From NCBI GenBank assembly GCA_029288895.1, contig JARIGK010000002.1:29545-93544 (forward strand): DNA of 64,000 nt, read 5' to 3'. The stretch is from Candidatus Adlerbacteria bacterium. Its GTDB lineage: Bacteria; Patescibacteriota; Minisyncoccia; Phycocordibacterales; SBAW01. Below the pieces are notes generated by a model, which was not told the origin of the DNA, did no database searches, and worked only from the letters and a program-made list of their open reading frames with translations. A program made the position numbers and the translations under genes. Shown here piece after piece: positions 1 through 8,270 of this stretch. Numbering within the stretch: position 1 is the stretch's first letter; each line of letters begins with the position of its first letter.

Positions 1-762
1 GTGTGGAGTACTGATGCGCCACCCGACATGTCCATGTGCATCTCGTACATGTGGTCGCCAGTTTTGATATTCAAACCTCCTGAATCAAACGTGACACCCT
101 TCCCTACAAGGACGACAGGCTTCTGAGATTTCGATGCGCCCCAATATTCGGCAATAACAAACTGTGGCTCGTTGTCGCTCCCTTTACCTATACCCACAAC
201 GCCGCCCATGCCGAGCTTCTCCATTTCTTTGCGGCCAAGCACAGTCACTTTCGTATTAGCACCTTTGATTGTGTTCTTTGCGAGCGCAGCAAATTGCTTC
301 GGGGTGAGGTCGCCGCCTGGTGTGTTTGCCAACTCGCGGCAGGCGTTTACTTCGTCGCCAATAGCGTGGCCGCGCTTTGCGCCCTCGATACCTTCTTTCG
401 AGATTCCAGACATGCAGACAACGTCTACATGTGCGAAGCCGTCTTTGGGTGCACGTTTGTAGGTGTTGTGCTCGTAGTCGGCCATCACAAACGATGTTGC
501 AGCAATCTGTGCTGCCTCAGCATCCGAGCAGCCTTGAGGTGCCAGCGCCTTCAATTCTTTAAAATCAATCGCAATAGATTTAATGCGGTTTGCTTTTGCA
601 ACGCTCACCACCTTGCGAGTAAACAATACAAACTTACGTCGGTTGAGCGGCTTTTCTTTTCCGTACCCTATCGACAATGCCTTGCCATCAAAACGATTTA
701 AACTTCCTTCAATAAGCTCAACAGTAACAGCGCCCTTATCAGGGGTAGTCTGGAATTTCATA
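1..762 (-). CDS. pepA: Leucyl aminopeptidase (M17 family). The C-terminus is cut by the window edge; the start codon is at about 760-762.
   Basis: The reverse-strand translation begins MKFQTTPDKG... and contains the M17 motif VGKGVTFDSGGLNIK. The reading frame is open to position 1. It is absent from the ORF track because there is no stop inside the window. Confidence 0.8.
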
Positions 763-801
763 GCTAAATTATAGCTCTATTTTGAGCCTATTTCAGCTAC
801 C

Positions 802-829
802 TTGACTTTTTACTTAAATAAAGTATAAT
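802..829 (+). promoter_or_regulatory. Near-consensus sigma70-type promoter, TTGACT-16 nt-TATAAT.
   Basis: TTGACT at about 802-807 and TATAAT at about 824-829 with a 16-nt spacer. The predicted TSS is about 836, roughly 65 nt upstream of the ORF at 901, which has a GGGAGAG SD. Confidence 0.5.
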
Positions 830-900
830 TTAAAACGGATCTAGCCAATGCTAGCCTAGAGGCGAAACCTCTATAACACTCTTTCAAATGGGAGAGTCTG

Positions 901-1311
901 ATGTTTAAAAATTACGGTGTCGTCACCGCTGCTCGTTCTGAAGTAATGGAAAAGATTCGTCTCGCGGCCGAGGTCTATACTGGCAAGCGTGTGCGCATCA
1001 AGCACATCAATTTCGACAAAGGCGGGGTGTCCCTGTACTTAGGGAGCGGGCCGGAACAAGTCGAAATAGAAGCTGCTTTCTACTGCGTCAGAAGCGACGA
1101 CCTCTCTCTTCGCCTCGGTGATGAAACCCAGCCGTTTCTTTCGTGCCGCTTTAACGACGAAGGAGACGTGCAGGTCTCGAATTCGAACGAAGACAGAGGC
1201 GCTCCGATTGGTAGCCCTGAGCGCTTGCCACCGATGGTGTGGATTGGCTCCGGCTACTCGAAGCATGAACGGCACCGCGTTCCTTTGTACCCGAGCCGTA
1301 AGTTAATTTAA
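901..1311 (+). CDS. Hypothetical protein (136 aa) with no recognisable family.
   Basis: ORF with a GGAG SD 6 nt upstream and codon usage similar to neighbouring genes. It has its own promoter and a downstream structured terminator. Confidence 0.4.
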   Translation: MFKNYGVVTAARSEVMEKIRLAAEVYTGKRVRIKHINFDKGGVSLYLGSGPEQVEIEAAFYCVRSDDLSLRLGDETQPFLSCRFNDEGDVQVSNSNEDRGAPIGSPERLPPMVWIGSGYSKHERHRVPLYPSRKLI

Positions 1312-1364
1312 CCCACCTGGGTTGCGGAAAATCTACCGCACTCCGGTGGGTTTTCTGTTTTTTA
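1312..1364 (+). terminator. Structured hairpin (CCCACC...GGTGGG with an inner GCGG/CCGC stem) followed by TTTTCTGTTTTTTA.
   Basis: Seen directly. It lies between the ORF ending at 1311 and the convergent aspS-like gene that ends at 1362. Confidence 0.45.
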
Positions 1365-2693
1365 TTTATTGGTTTCGCCTTCCGAAAGCGGGAGGTCGAT
1401 GCGGTGCATGTCGCGCGGGAAGAGTGTTGCTTCACGGATGTTTTTGAGGCCAAGGATCTGCATGGTCATGCGCTCGGCGCCCAAGGCAAAGCCACCTTCA
1501 GGTGGGGCGCCATAGCGGAAGGCTTCAAGGAACATCTCGATTTTCTTCGGGTCCATGTTCCATTTCTCGACATGAGAAAGGAGCTGCTGGTAGTCGTTGA
1601 TACGGCGGCCGCCCGAGAGCCATTCGATACCGCGGCATAGCAAGTCCATGCCTTCGTTAAACTCTGGGTTCTCTGGGTTTGGGTACACATAAAACGGCTT
1701 CTTCATTGTTGGGTAGCCGTAGACGTACACAAAGTCTGAACCTGTTTCTTCTTTTACTACTTCGCAGAGTTTGCGTTCCTGTTCTGGGTTTAGGTCTTTA
1801 TCTTCTGGTACACCCAACTTCGCAAACGCTTCTGTCAGCGAATAGGTGGGCGTCTTGTCGATCATTGTCGGCAACGTTGCGCCCAAGACTTCCAACTCAT
1901 GCGCACACTTCTGCTGTACTTGTTCAAGCACGTAGCGCACGGTTGCTTCTGACATATCGCGGACATCGGTCCACGAATCAATGAACGCCATTTCAGCATC
2001 CAACGAAACAATTTCTGTGATGTGGCGGGTGGTTGCAGACGGCTCTGCGCGGAAGACTTTGTTTACCGAGAAGACGCGCTCAAACGCGGTCATAACAATT
2101 TGTTTGTAGAGCTGCGGCGATTGCGTAAGGTATGCTTTTTTGTCGAAGTAGTTTACCTGGAAGACCTCTGCCCCACCCTCGGCTGTAGCTGGCGTAATTG
2201 CCGGCGCCTGGAATTCCATAAAGCCTTGCGACTTCATATATTCGCGGAAGGAGTCGATAATAACAGCCTGCACTTTAAAGATTGCCTGCAAGCGCGGATG
2301 GCGCAGCGTAAGCGCGCGGTGGTCCAACTCGGTGTTCAATTCCAAATTGTAGCCATCGGCCGACATGTCGAACGGAAGCGGCTCTGCCTTTGCCAATACT
2401 TCGATGCCGGTGACTTCTAGTTCGATATCGCCATTCTGCACTTTTGCGTTGACGTTCTTTTCTGGGCGGGCGTTTACTTTGCCGGTGATAGAAACGACAT
2501 ATTCGTTGCGCACTTCTTTTGCAGTTTCAATGGCGGCCGAACTCGGCAACACAACGCCCTGCACCGTGCCAGTGCGGTCGCGGAAATCAAAAAATACCAT
2601 CTTGCCCTGGTCACGGCGTACGCTTACCCAGCCTTTAATGGTTACCTCTTCATTTTTATGCGCACTTAAATCGCCAATTAACGTTCGCTGCAT
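1362..2693 (-). CDS. aspS: Class IIb aminoacyl-tRNA synthetase, most likely an archaeal/eukaryal-type (possibly non-discriminating) aspartyl-tRNA synthetase.
   Basis: 443 aa. Motif 2 reads FRAEPSATTRHITEIVSLDAEMAF, with the D..EMAF typical of AspRS type 2. GLG.ERM.M motif 3 is present, as is an N-terminal OB anticodon-binding region. An AsnRS cannot be fully excluded. Confidence 0.75.
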   Translation of the reverse strand: MQRTLIGDLSAHKNEEVTIKGWVSVRRDQGKMVFFDFRDRTGTVQGVVLPSSAAIETAKEVRNEYVVSITGKVNARPEKNVNAKVQNGDIELEVTGIEVLAKAEPLPFDMSADGYNLELNTELDHRALTLRHPRLQAIFKVQAVIIDSFREYMKSQGFMEFQAPAITPATAEGGAEVFQVNYFDKKAYLTQSPQLYKQIVMTAFERVFSVNKVFRAEPSATTRHITEIVSLDAEMAFIDSWTDVRDMSEATVRYVLEQVQQKCAHELEVLGATLPTMIDKTPTYSLTEAFAKLGVPEDKDLNPEQERKLCEVVKEETGSDFVYVYGYPTMKKPFYVYPNPENPEFNEGMDLLCRGIEWLSGGRRINDYQQLLSHVEKWNMDPKKIEMFLEAFRYGAPPEGGFALGAERMTMQILGLKNIREATLFPRDMHRIDLPLSEGETNK

Positions 2694-2744
2694 GATTGCT
2701 CTACTGTACCAAAAAAATCCTTATTTCGCGCTCTTTATATAAAC

Positions 2745-2774
2745 TTGACAAAACTGCATAATATAGTATATAAT
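2745..2774 (+). promoter_or_regulatory. Promoter-like TTGACA-18 nt-TATAAT upstream of a small ORF.
   Basis: TTGACA at about 2745-2750 and TATAAT at about 2769-2774. The spacer is 18 nt, slightly long. Confidence 0.4.
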
Positions 2775-2824
2775 TATAGGCGTAGTTCGCTAGTTCCCCT
2801 ACATGTGAAAAGAAGGAGTTGTTA

Positions 2825-3043
2825 ATGTCTGCGACTATCAAAGGTATCGACCCAAAGACCTATCCCGAAGCCCTCTGGGGTACGCAAGGTGGCGGCTTGG
2901 CTCGCCAGGTCGGTACCGGCAACCACTACGTGTTTGTCGAGGCGCCAGGCCATTCTGGTCTGAACGTCGGCGACGCTGTGCCAGGCGACTGGGACATCCA
3001 GCCCGCCAACCAGCTGGCACGTGAACAAATGCCGGGCTTCTAA
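2825..3043 (+). CDS. Small hypothetical protein (72 aa).
   Basis: AAGGAG SD 7 nt upstream of the ATG at 2825. The ORF-track start at 2819 is a TTG in the same frame. A terminator follows. Confidence 0.5.
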   Translation: MSATIKGIDPKTYPEALWGTQGGGLARQVGTGNHYVFVEAPGHSGLNVGDAVPGDWDIQPANQLAREQMPGF

Positions 3044-3055
3044 AAGCCCTCCCTC

Positions 3056-3112
3056 GCCCATCGAAAACGGAACCGCTCATCGGGTCTATTTCGATGGGCG
3101 ATTCTGTTTTTT
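3056..3112 (+). terminator. Rho-independent terminator: GCCCATCGAAA...TTTCGATGGGCG stem plus ATTCTGTTTTTT.
   Basis: 12-bp stem with an internal sub-hairpin, then a U-tract. It sits between the small ORF and the convergent trpS. Confidence 0.5.
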
Positions 3113-3121
3113 ATATAGCTT

Positions 3122-4066
3122 TTATATCGCTACGCCTACCTTCTGTCGCACGTCTTCCATTTTTGCTGATGCGACTGCTTTTGCTTTTGCTGCGCCGTCT
3201 GCCAAGATCTTCTTTACATCATCATTGCTGATCGAGTTTCTCTTCTCGCGCATTGGGCCAATGACGTTTTCGATATCTTCTACCAACGCATCTTTCAAGT
3301 TTTTATACTTGCCTGCATTTTCTGCATAGAGTGTCTCAAGTTCTGCCTCTGTGCGGAAGAGTTTGTGTATCGCGTACACATTTTCTGGTTTCTGGCCCGA
3401 CGAGTCTGTCACGATGCTCATCACTGCTTTTTGTATTTCTTCTTTTGTGCCAAAGAGCGGGATAGTGTTACCATAGCTCTTGCTCATTTTTTTGCCATCG
3501 GTGCCCGGGATGGTTCCTACCGCTTTAACGATATGTTCCTTCGGCTCGATAAATGTTTGACCGTAGGTGTTGTTGAATTTGGCAGCTGCCTCGCGTGCGT
3601 ATTCGATATGCTGGCGCTGATCTTCCCCCACCGGCACGATAACGGTGTCGTACAACAAAATGTCTGCGGCCATAAGCATCGGGTAGGTAAAGAGGCCGGC
3701 GTTTGCCTCAAGCCCCTTCGCAACTTTGTCTTTGTATGCGTGGCCAAGTTCCAAAAATGGCACGGTTACCAAGCAGTCAAAGATCCATGCGAGTTCGGTG
3801 TGCTCTTGTACGTCGGATTGTTTAAAGATGACAGCTTTGGACGGGTCGACGCCTGCTGCAACGAAATCTTTTACAGAATTATAGATGCATTCCTGCACCA
3901 ACTTTGGGTCTTTAAGAGATGTGAGTGCGTGATAGTCTGCGACCATCAAAAAACTTTCGTACCCCTCGTACATATCGACGAAAGGCTTGATCGAGCCAAA
4001 ATAGTTGCCGATATGCAACGCGCCACTGCTCTGTAGCCCGGTCAAAAGCCGTTTCTTTTCTGTCAT
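3122..4066 (-). CDS. trpS: Tryptophanyl-tRNA synthetase.
   Basis: 314 aa class I aaRS with HIGN (HIGH) and KMSKS motifs; the size is typical for TrpRS. Confidence 0.9.
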   Translation of the reverse strand: MTEKKRLLTGLQSSGALHIGNYFGSIKPFVDMYEGYESFLMVADYHALTSLKDPKLVQECIYNSVKDFVAAGVDPSKAVIFKQSDVQEHTELAWIFDCLVTVPFLELGHAYKDKVAKGLEANAGLFTYPMLMAADILLYDTVIVPVGEDQRQHIEYAREAAAKFNNTYGQTFIEPKEHIVKAVGTIPGTDGKKMSKSYGNTIPLFGTKEEIQKAVMSIVTDSSGQKPENVYAIHKLFRTEAELETLYAENAGKYKNLKDALVEDIENVIGPMREKRNSISNDDVKKILADGAAKAKAVASAKMEDVRQKVGVAI

Positions 4067-4073
4067 ACGCGTA

Positions 4074-5141
4074 TTATATCCCCTCTTCTTTGAGTTTCTC
4101 GACTAGACCCTTTGCCGTGCGGGAGAGTTTTTGCGGCAAGTTTATTTTGACGCGTACAAAGAGGTCGCCGCGTTTGCCGTGGCCTGTGGGCACACCTTTG
4201 TTTTTGATGCGGAGCAATTCGCCATGAGTGACACCGCCATGGACGGTGACAGTTTCCTCGCCATCGAGCGTTGCGACTTTGTAGTCGGCGCCAAGCAATG
4301 CATCGGAGAGTTTTACTGAAAGGTCGGTCAAGATATTGTGGCCATCCTTTTTAAAGCGCGAGTCTGGTGTGACATGTACTTTGACGTACAAGTCGCCGGA
4401 GGCGCCGCCCTGGATTGCCTCGCCAGCGCCAGAAAGACGGATCATTTCGCCACCTTCAATACCTGCGGGTACCGCGATATCAATTTCTTCTTGTTTTTTG
4501 TAGACGCCAGCGCCGCGGCAGGTGTGGCACTTTTCTTCTGGGATCTTGCCTGTGGCATGGCAGTGGCGGCACGGGCTCTGCATCGTGATCTGGCCAAAGA
4601 TCGAGTTGTTTGTTTCGTGGATCTTACCTGTGCCGTTGCAGTAGGTGCAGGTGTTCATCTTGGTGCCCGGCTCGGCGCCGTTGCCTTTGCATGTTTCGCA
4701 CTGCGCTGTCTTTGCCAAGAGTACGTGGCGCGTCACACCGAAGACACTCTCTTTAAATGTAAGTTCGAGGTCGATAGAAATATCGCGGCCGCGGCGTTGG
4801 CGTCCGCCGCCATTAAAGACATCACCGAAGATGTCGCCGAAGTCGAAGCCGGCAAACCCGCCCTGGTTAAATGCCTGCTGGAATTGTGAGAAGTCGAAGC
4901 CTGCGCCACCAAAGCCACCAGCGCCGCCGCCAAATGTCTGGCCGTAGCTGTCATACTCGGCACGCTTTTTGTCGTCCGAAAGCACGCTATATGCCTCGCT
5001 TACCTCTTTGAATTTTGCATCATCACCTGATGCTTTGTCGGGGTGATATTTATGGGCGAGCTTGTGGAACGCCTTCTTTATCTCATCCTTGGAAGCACCT
5101 TTCTCGACCCCAAGCACGTCGTAGTAGTTTTTAGATGCCAT
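4074..5141 (-). CDS. dnaJ: Chaperone DnaJ.
   Basis: J domain (HPD in KYHPDK), a Gly/Phe-rich linker, four CxxCxGxG zinc-finger repeats and a C-terminal domain. Confidence 0.9.
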   Translation of the reverse strand: MASKNYYDVLGVEKGASKDEIKKAFHKLAHKYHPDKASGDDAKFKEVSEAYSVLSDDKKRAEYDSYGQTFGGGAGGFGGAGFDFSQFQQAFNQGGFAGFDFGDIFGDVFNGGGRQRRGRDISIDLELTFKESVFGVTRHVLLAKTAQCETCKGNGAEPGTKMNTCTYCNGTGKIHETNNSIFGQITMQSPCRHCHATGKIPEEKCHTCRGAGVYKKQEEIDIAVPAGIEGGEMIRLSGAGEAIQGGASGDLYVKVHVTPDSRFKKDGHNILTDLSVKLSDALLGADYKVATLDGEETVTVHGGVTHGELLRIKNKGVPTGHGKRGDLFVRVKINLPQKLSRTAKGLVEKLKEEGI

Positions 5142-5153
5142 CGTTTTTCTATC

Positions 5154-6989
5154 TTACGCCTCGCGTTCCTCCTCTGCAACTTCTGGACCCATTTCGTCGT
5201 CTTGGAGGAAGCCGCCTGCCTGGATGCTCCACAGTTTGTGATAGAGGCCTTTGTGTTCGATCAATTCTTGGTGCGTACCTTGTGCCGCAACGCGGCCGTT
5301 TTCAATCACGATGATGCGGTCCATATTCATGATGGTCGAGAGGCGGTGCGCGATAACGATGACCGTTTTGCCTTCCATCAAATTTTTCAGTGCGTCTTGG
5401 ATGAGTGCTTCCGATTCAGAATCCAAACTCGACGTTGCTTCGTCGAGCACAAGTATCGGCGAGTTCTTTAATATCGCGCGGGCAATGGCAACACGCTGCC
5501 GCTCGCCGCCCGAGAGTTTGATGCCGCGCTCGCCCACGTACGTTTCGTACCCATCTTTCAATTTCGAAATAAACTCGTGGCAATGCGCTTTTTTTGCAGC
5601 TTCTATCACTTCAGCTTGTGTCGCATCGCGTTTGCCGTAGCGAATGTTTTCGAACAACGTGCGATGGAAGAGTATCGGTTCTTGCGGTACAAAGCTAATC
5701 GCCTCACGCAAGCTGTCCTGGGTCACCTGTGCAATATTCTGCCCATCTATCTCAATGGCACCTCCTTTAATATCAAACATGCGCAGCAAGAGGCGCGTTG
5801 TTGTTGATTTGCCTGCGCCAGATGGGCCAACAAACGCCACCTTCTCAGCACCTTTAATAGAGAGATTGAAATCGGAAAGAATACTTTTGTCGTCAGCGAA
5901 TGAGAACGAAACATTGGCGAAATTTATATTTGCCTTCTCTACTGCGAGAGGTTTCGCATCTTGTGCATCACGTATTTCGTGCGGTGTTTTCAATATCTCG
6001 ACCATCTCGCCCGCGTCAGCAAATGCATCATAGAAACGGCGTAGCTGGCCGCCGATACCCATCAATTGGTTGAAGGTGCCAAGCAGGTACGATTGGATAA
6101 GCACGAAATCGCCAACCGTCAGCAACCCGCGTTCCCAATAAATAATCGCACCGTAGAGAAGCCCGCCTTGGATGCACAGCACGAAGAGGCCAATAATCCC
6201 CCAGGTCCATCCGTCGATAAGCCATGAGCGCAGCGTTGCTTTGTGCCAGAAACGCACAACGTCGCTCAGGATGCTTTGTTCGTGTATAACACCGGCAAAT
6301 TGCATCACGGTGGGCTGGTTAGAAATGGCGTCAGCGATCGTACCGGTAACTTTTGTTTCTGCTTCAGCACGGGATGTGCGTGATGCTTGCCGAAGTTTTG
6401 CGATATATACCTGGCAGACAATAAAGAGAATTGCCCATGCGGCCAAAATACTGCCGAGCATATGATTGCGGGTATACAGCACAAATATTGCACCCGACAC
6501 GAACAATAGCGCAGGGAAAAACTGCGTAAGGATCGTATCCGAGATCATTTCAAACGAGCGGACAAGGCGGCTGATGCGATGCGTAAGCGTGCCCGCAAAG
6601 TTTGAGATAAAGAAGCTGTATGAGTGGCCAAGCAAATAGCCAAATGAGTCGTTGTATAGGTCATGCATCACATCTGCCACGTAGAAGATGTTTGCGGTGT
6701 CCTGGAGGCGCTGCATAAGCCAACTGATAAACCACATCAGGCCAACAAGCGCGAGCGTCATCACAAGTGCGTGGATGGTCGTGGGTGTAGGTGTCTCAAG
6801 TGCAAGCAGGTTAAAGAATTTACGCAAGAAAAGAGGCGCCGCCAAGTTGCTTGCCTGGAGGAATATACCGGTAAGGAAAATGGCGAGGAGCCACTTCCAT
6901 TGGCGCCGTACGTACGGGAGGTACACACGCAATATTTCGCCGGCCGGAACCGACTTTTTAGGCTTATGTTCGGACATTTTTTCTATCAT
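5154..6989 (-). CDS. ABC exporter with fused TMD and NBD, MsbA/multidrug-like.
   Basis: 611 aa. Walker A GPSGAGKST, signature LSGGERQRVAIARA, Walker B ILVLDEATS and an N-terminal 6-TM domain. Confidence 0.85.
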   Translation of the reverse strand: MIEKMSEHKPKKSVPAGEILRVYLPYVRRQWKWLLAIFLTGIFLQASNLAAPLFLRKFFNLLALETPTPTTIHALVMTLALVGLMWFISWLMQRLQDTANIFYVADVMHDLYNDSFGYLLGHSYSFFISNFAGTLTHRISRLVRSFEMISDTILTQFFPALLFVSGAIFVLYTRNHMLGSILAAWAILFIVCQVYIAKLRQASRTSRAEAETKVTGTIADAISNQPTVMQFAGVIHEQSILSDVVRFWHKATLRSWLIDGWTWGIIGLFVLCIQGGLLYGAIIYWERGLLTVGDFVLIQSYLLGTFNQLMGIGGQLRRFYDAFADAGEMVEILKTPHEIRDAQDAKPLAVEKANINFANVSFSFADDKSILSDFNLSIKGAEKVAFVGPSGAGKSTTTRLLLRMFDIKGGAIEIDGQNIAQVTQDSLREAISFVPQEPILFHRTLFENIRYGKRDATQAEVIEAAKKAHCHEFISKLKDGYETYVGERGIKLSGGERQRVAIARAILKNSPILVLDEATSSLDSESEALIQDALKNLMEGKTVIVIAHRLSTIMNMDRIIVIENGRVAAQGTHQELIEHKGLYHKLWSIQAGGFLQDDEMGPEVAEEEREA

Positions 6990-7096
6990 ATCATAATATT
7001 GACAAATTTTAAATCTTTGGTTTATTGAGTGACGATGAGTTCGGCTAAGGCATCCCGCCTTTGACGATTAATGAATATCGTTCATGGAGGATATGA

Positions 7097-7903
7097 TTGA
7101 GCGACCTAGCGTCTATGCTTCTCAGTCGGGAAGCTTTCGACGTCCTGAAGGACGTGTTTGTTGCCGAGATTGGCGACAAAACCATGATGGTAACCTTGGG
7201 CCTTGCCGAGGTGTTCGCCATCCGACTCGTGCTTGCGGGCGTCACGCCCGCTTGCTTCGTGGTCCCGGCCGTCGGCGTCCTTATCGGTATCGGCCTGAAA
7301 GGGATCATTCCTATTGCTGCGCTGAACTATAGCTGCGCCGTCCTCTTCCTGGGGCTGGCCTGGTGGTCTATCAAAGAAGGCCAAGAGGACGGCGAGGAGG
7401 ACGAAGAAGAGAAACCGCTCTCGGAATGGTTCTTCATCCGCGCCTTCCAGATTTTCCTCCGCACGCTGAACCAGCTGACCCATTGGCTCAAGCACAAGGC
7501 GCGGCATAGCGGAGGGTGGGCAGTCGCCCTTGCCTTCACCATCTTCTCCATCGCCGAGATGGCGGACCGGACGCAGTTGGTCACGATTACCAAGACGGTC
7601 GAAGGCTCGAACTGGGTCACCGATCTGGTGGCCTCGGGCCTCGGCCTGCTGTTCGCAAACGTGGCGGCGCTGATCATCTTCTACTTCGCCCGTTCGCTGT
7701 TGAAACGACGGGTTCTGATGTACGCTGCTGCCACGCTCTTCCTGCTCTCGGCGGCCCGGATTATCCTCCAGGGCTGGGGCTATGACCCATCATGGTATCT
7801 GCTGGCGTCGGTTTTCTTTGCCTTGTTGGCCACCTACCCTATCGGGTCTCGGGTGTTCAATTTCCCAACAGGCCCTGAAAAGCCAAAACAGATCTACGCC
7901 TAA
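7097..7903 (+). CDS. UPF0016/GDT1/TMEM165-family cation (Ca2+/Mn2+ : H+) transporter-like membrane protein. The gene is high-GC and probably foreign.
   Basis: Two E-x-G-D-(K/R)-T repeats (AEIGDKTMM and AEMADRTQL) separated by an acidic loop (EDGEEDEEE). It may start with TTG at 7097 (SD GGAGG) or with ATG at 7115. Confidence 0.7.
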   Translation: MSDLASMLLSREAFDVLKDVFVAEIGDKTMMVTLGLAEVFAIRLVLAGVTPACFVVPAVGVLIGIGLKGIIPIAALNYSCAVLFLGLAWWSIKEGQEDGEEDEEEKPLSEWFFIRAFQIFLRTLNQLTHWLKHKARHSGGWAVALAFTIFSIAEMADRTQLVTITKTVEGSNWVTDLVASGLGLLFANVAALIIFYFARSLLKRRVLMYAAATLFLLSAARIILQGWGYDPSWYLLASVFFALLATYPIGSRVFNFPTGPEKPKQIYA

Positions 7904-7912
7904 GGCGCGTCG

Positions 7913-7946
7913 CCGGATGATGACTTCCATCATCCGGTTTTTTCTT
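7913..7946 (+). terminator. Rho-independent terminator CCGGATGATG-ACTTC-CATCATCCGG plus TTTTTTCTTT.
   Basis: Perfect 10-bp stem and a U-tract immediately after the stop of the GDT1-like gene. Confidence 0.65.
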
Positions 7947-7961
7947 TGGTACACTACAGTC

Positions 7962-8267
7962 ATGATTGATTCATTGAGAAGAGTCACAACGGCCGTATTT
8001 TTTGTTGCGCTTGTCGGCGTGATTGGAGGTGCTTCCTCCACATTTCTTACGTGCACCAACGCATCGGAATGTGCAGCTTCAGCTATTCTCTCATCTTCCA
8101 ATTTCACATCGCTCGATAACACCTCTGAGCTTTTTATAATCAGCGCAGCAATCTGGGTAGTGTCGCTTTATACCCTCGGTGTAAGTGTTGGCCTTCTTGT
8201 AGCCCTAGAAATCTTTAAGCCAAAACTCTTCAGACGTCATACAAGACGCGTGCATCGTCGCAGATAG
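7962..8267 (+). CDS. Small hypothetical membrane protein (about 101 aa, 2 predicted TM).
   Basis: The ATG follows the terminator. Hydrophobic segments and a basic C-terminus (RRHTRRVHRRR). The ORF-track extension to 7782 overlaps the upstream gene and is probably spurious. Confidence 0.35.
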   Translation: MIDSLRRVTTAVFFVALVGVIGGASSTFLTCTNASECAASAILSSSNFTSLDNTSELFIISAAIWVVSLYTLGVSVGLLVALEIFKPKLFRRHTRRVHRRR

Positions 8268-8270
8268 TTT

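Noticed and set aside
172-774. Plus-strand ORFs 172..462, 294..701, 377..562 and 583..774.
   Set aside because: They are antisense to a clear M17 aminopeptidase reading frame (VGKGVTFDSGG) that is open to the window edge. Their translations are low-complexity with no signals.
840-1330. Possible tmRNA, RNase P RNA or other large ncRNA between the strong promoter and the structured terminator.
   Set aside because: No tRNA-like 5'/3' ends, no tag-reading frame with ANDENYALAA-like peptide, and no P4 or other RNase P conserved blocks. The region has an SD-led ORF with native-looking codon usage.
7782-8267. ORF-track extension of the small membrane ORF back to 7782.
   Set aside because: The extension overlaps the GDT1-like gene and a strong terminator at 7913-7946. 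The real start, if any, is the ATG at about 7962.
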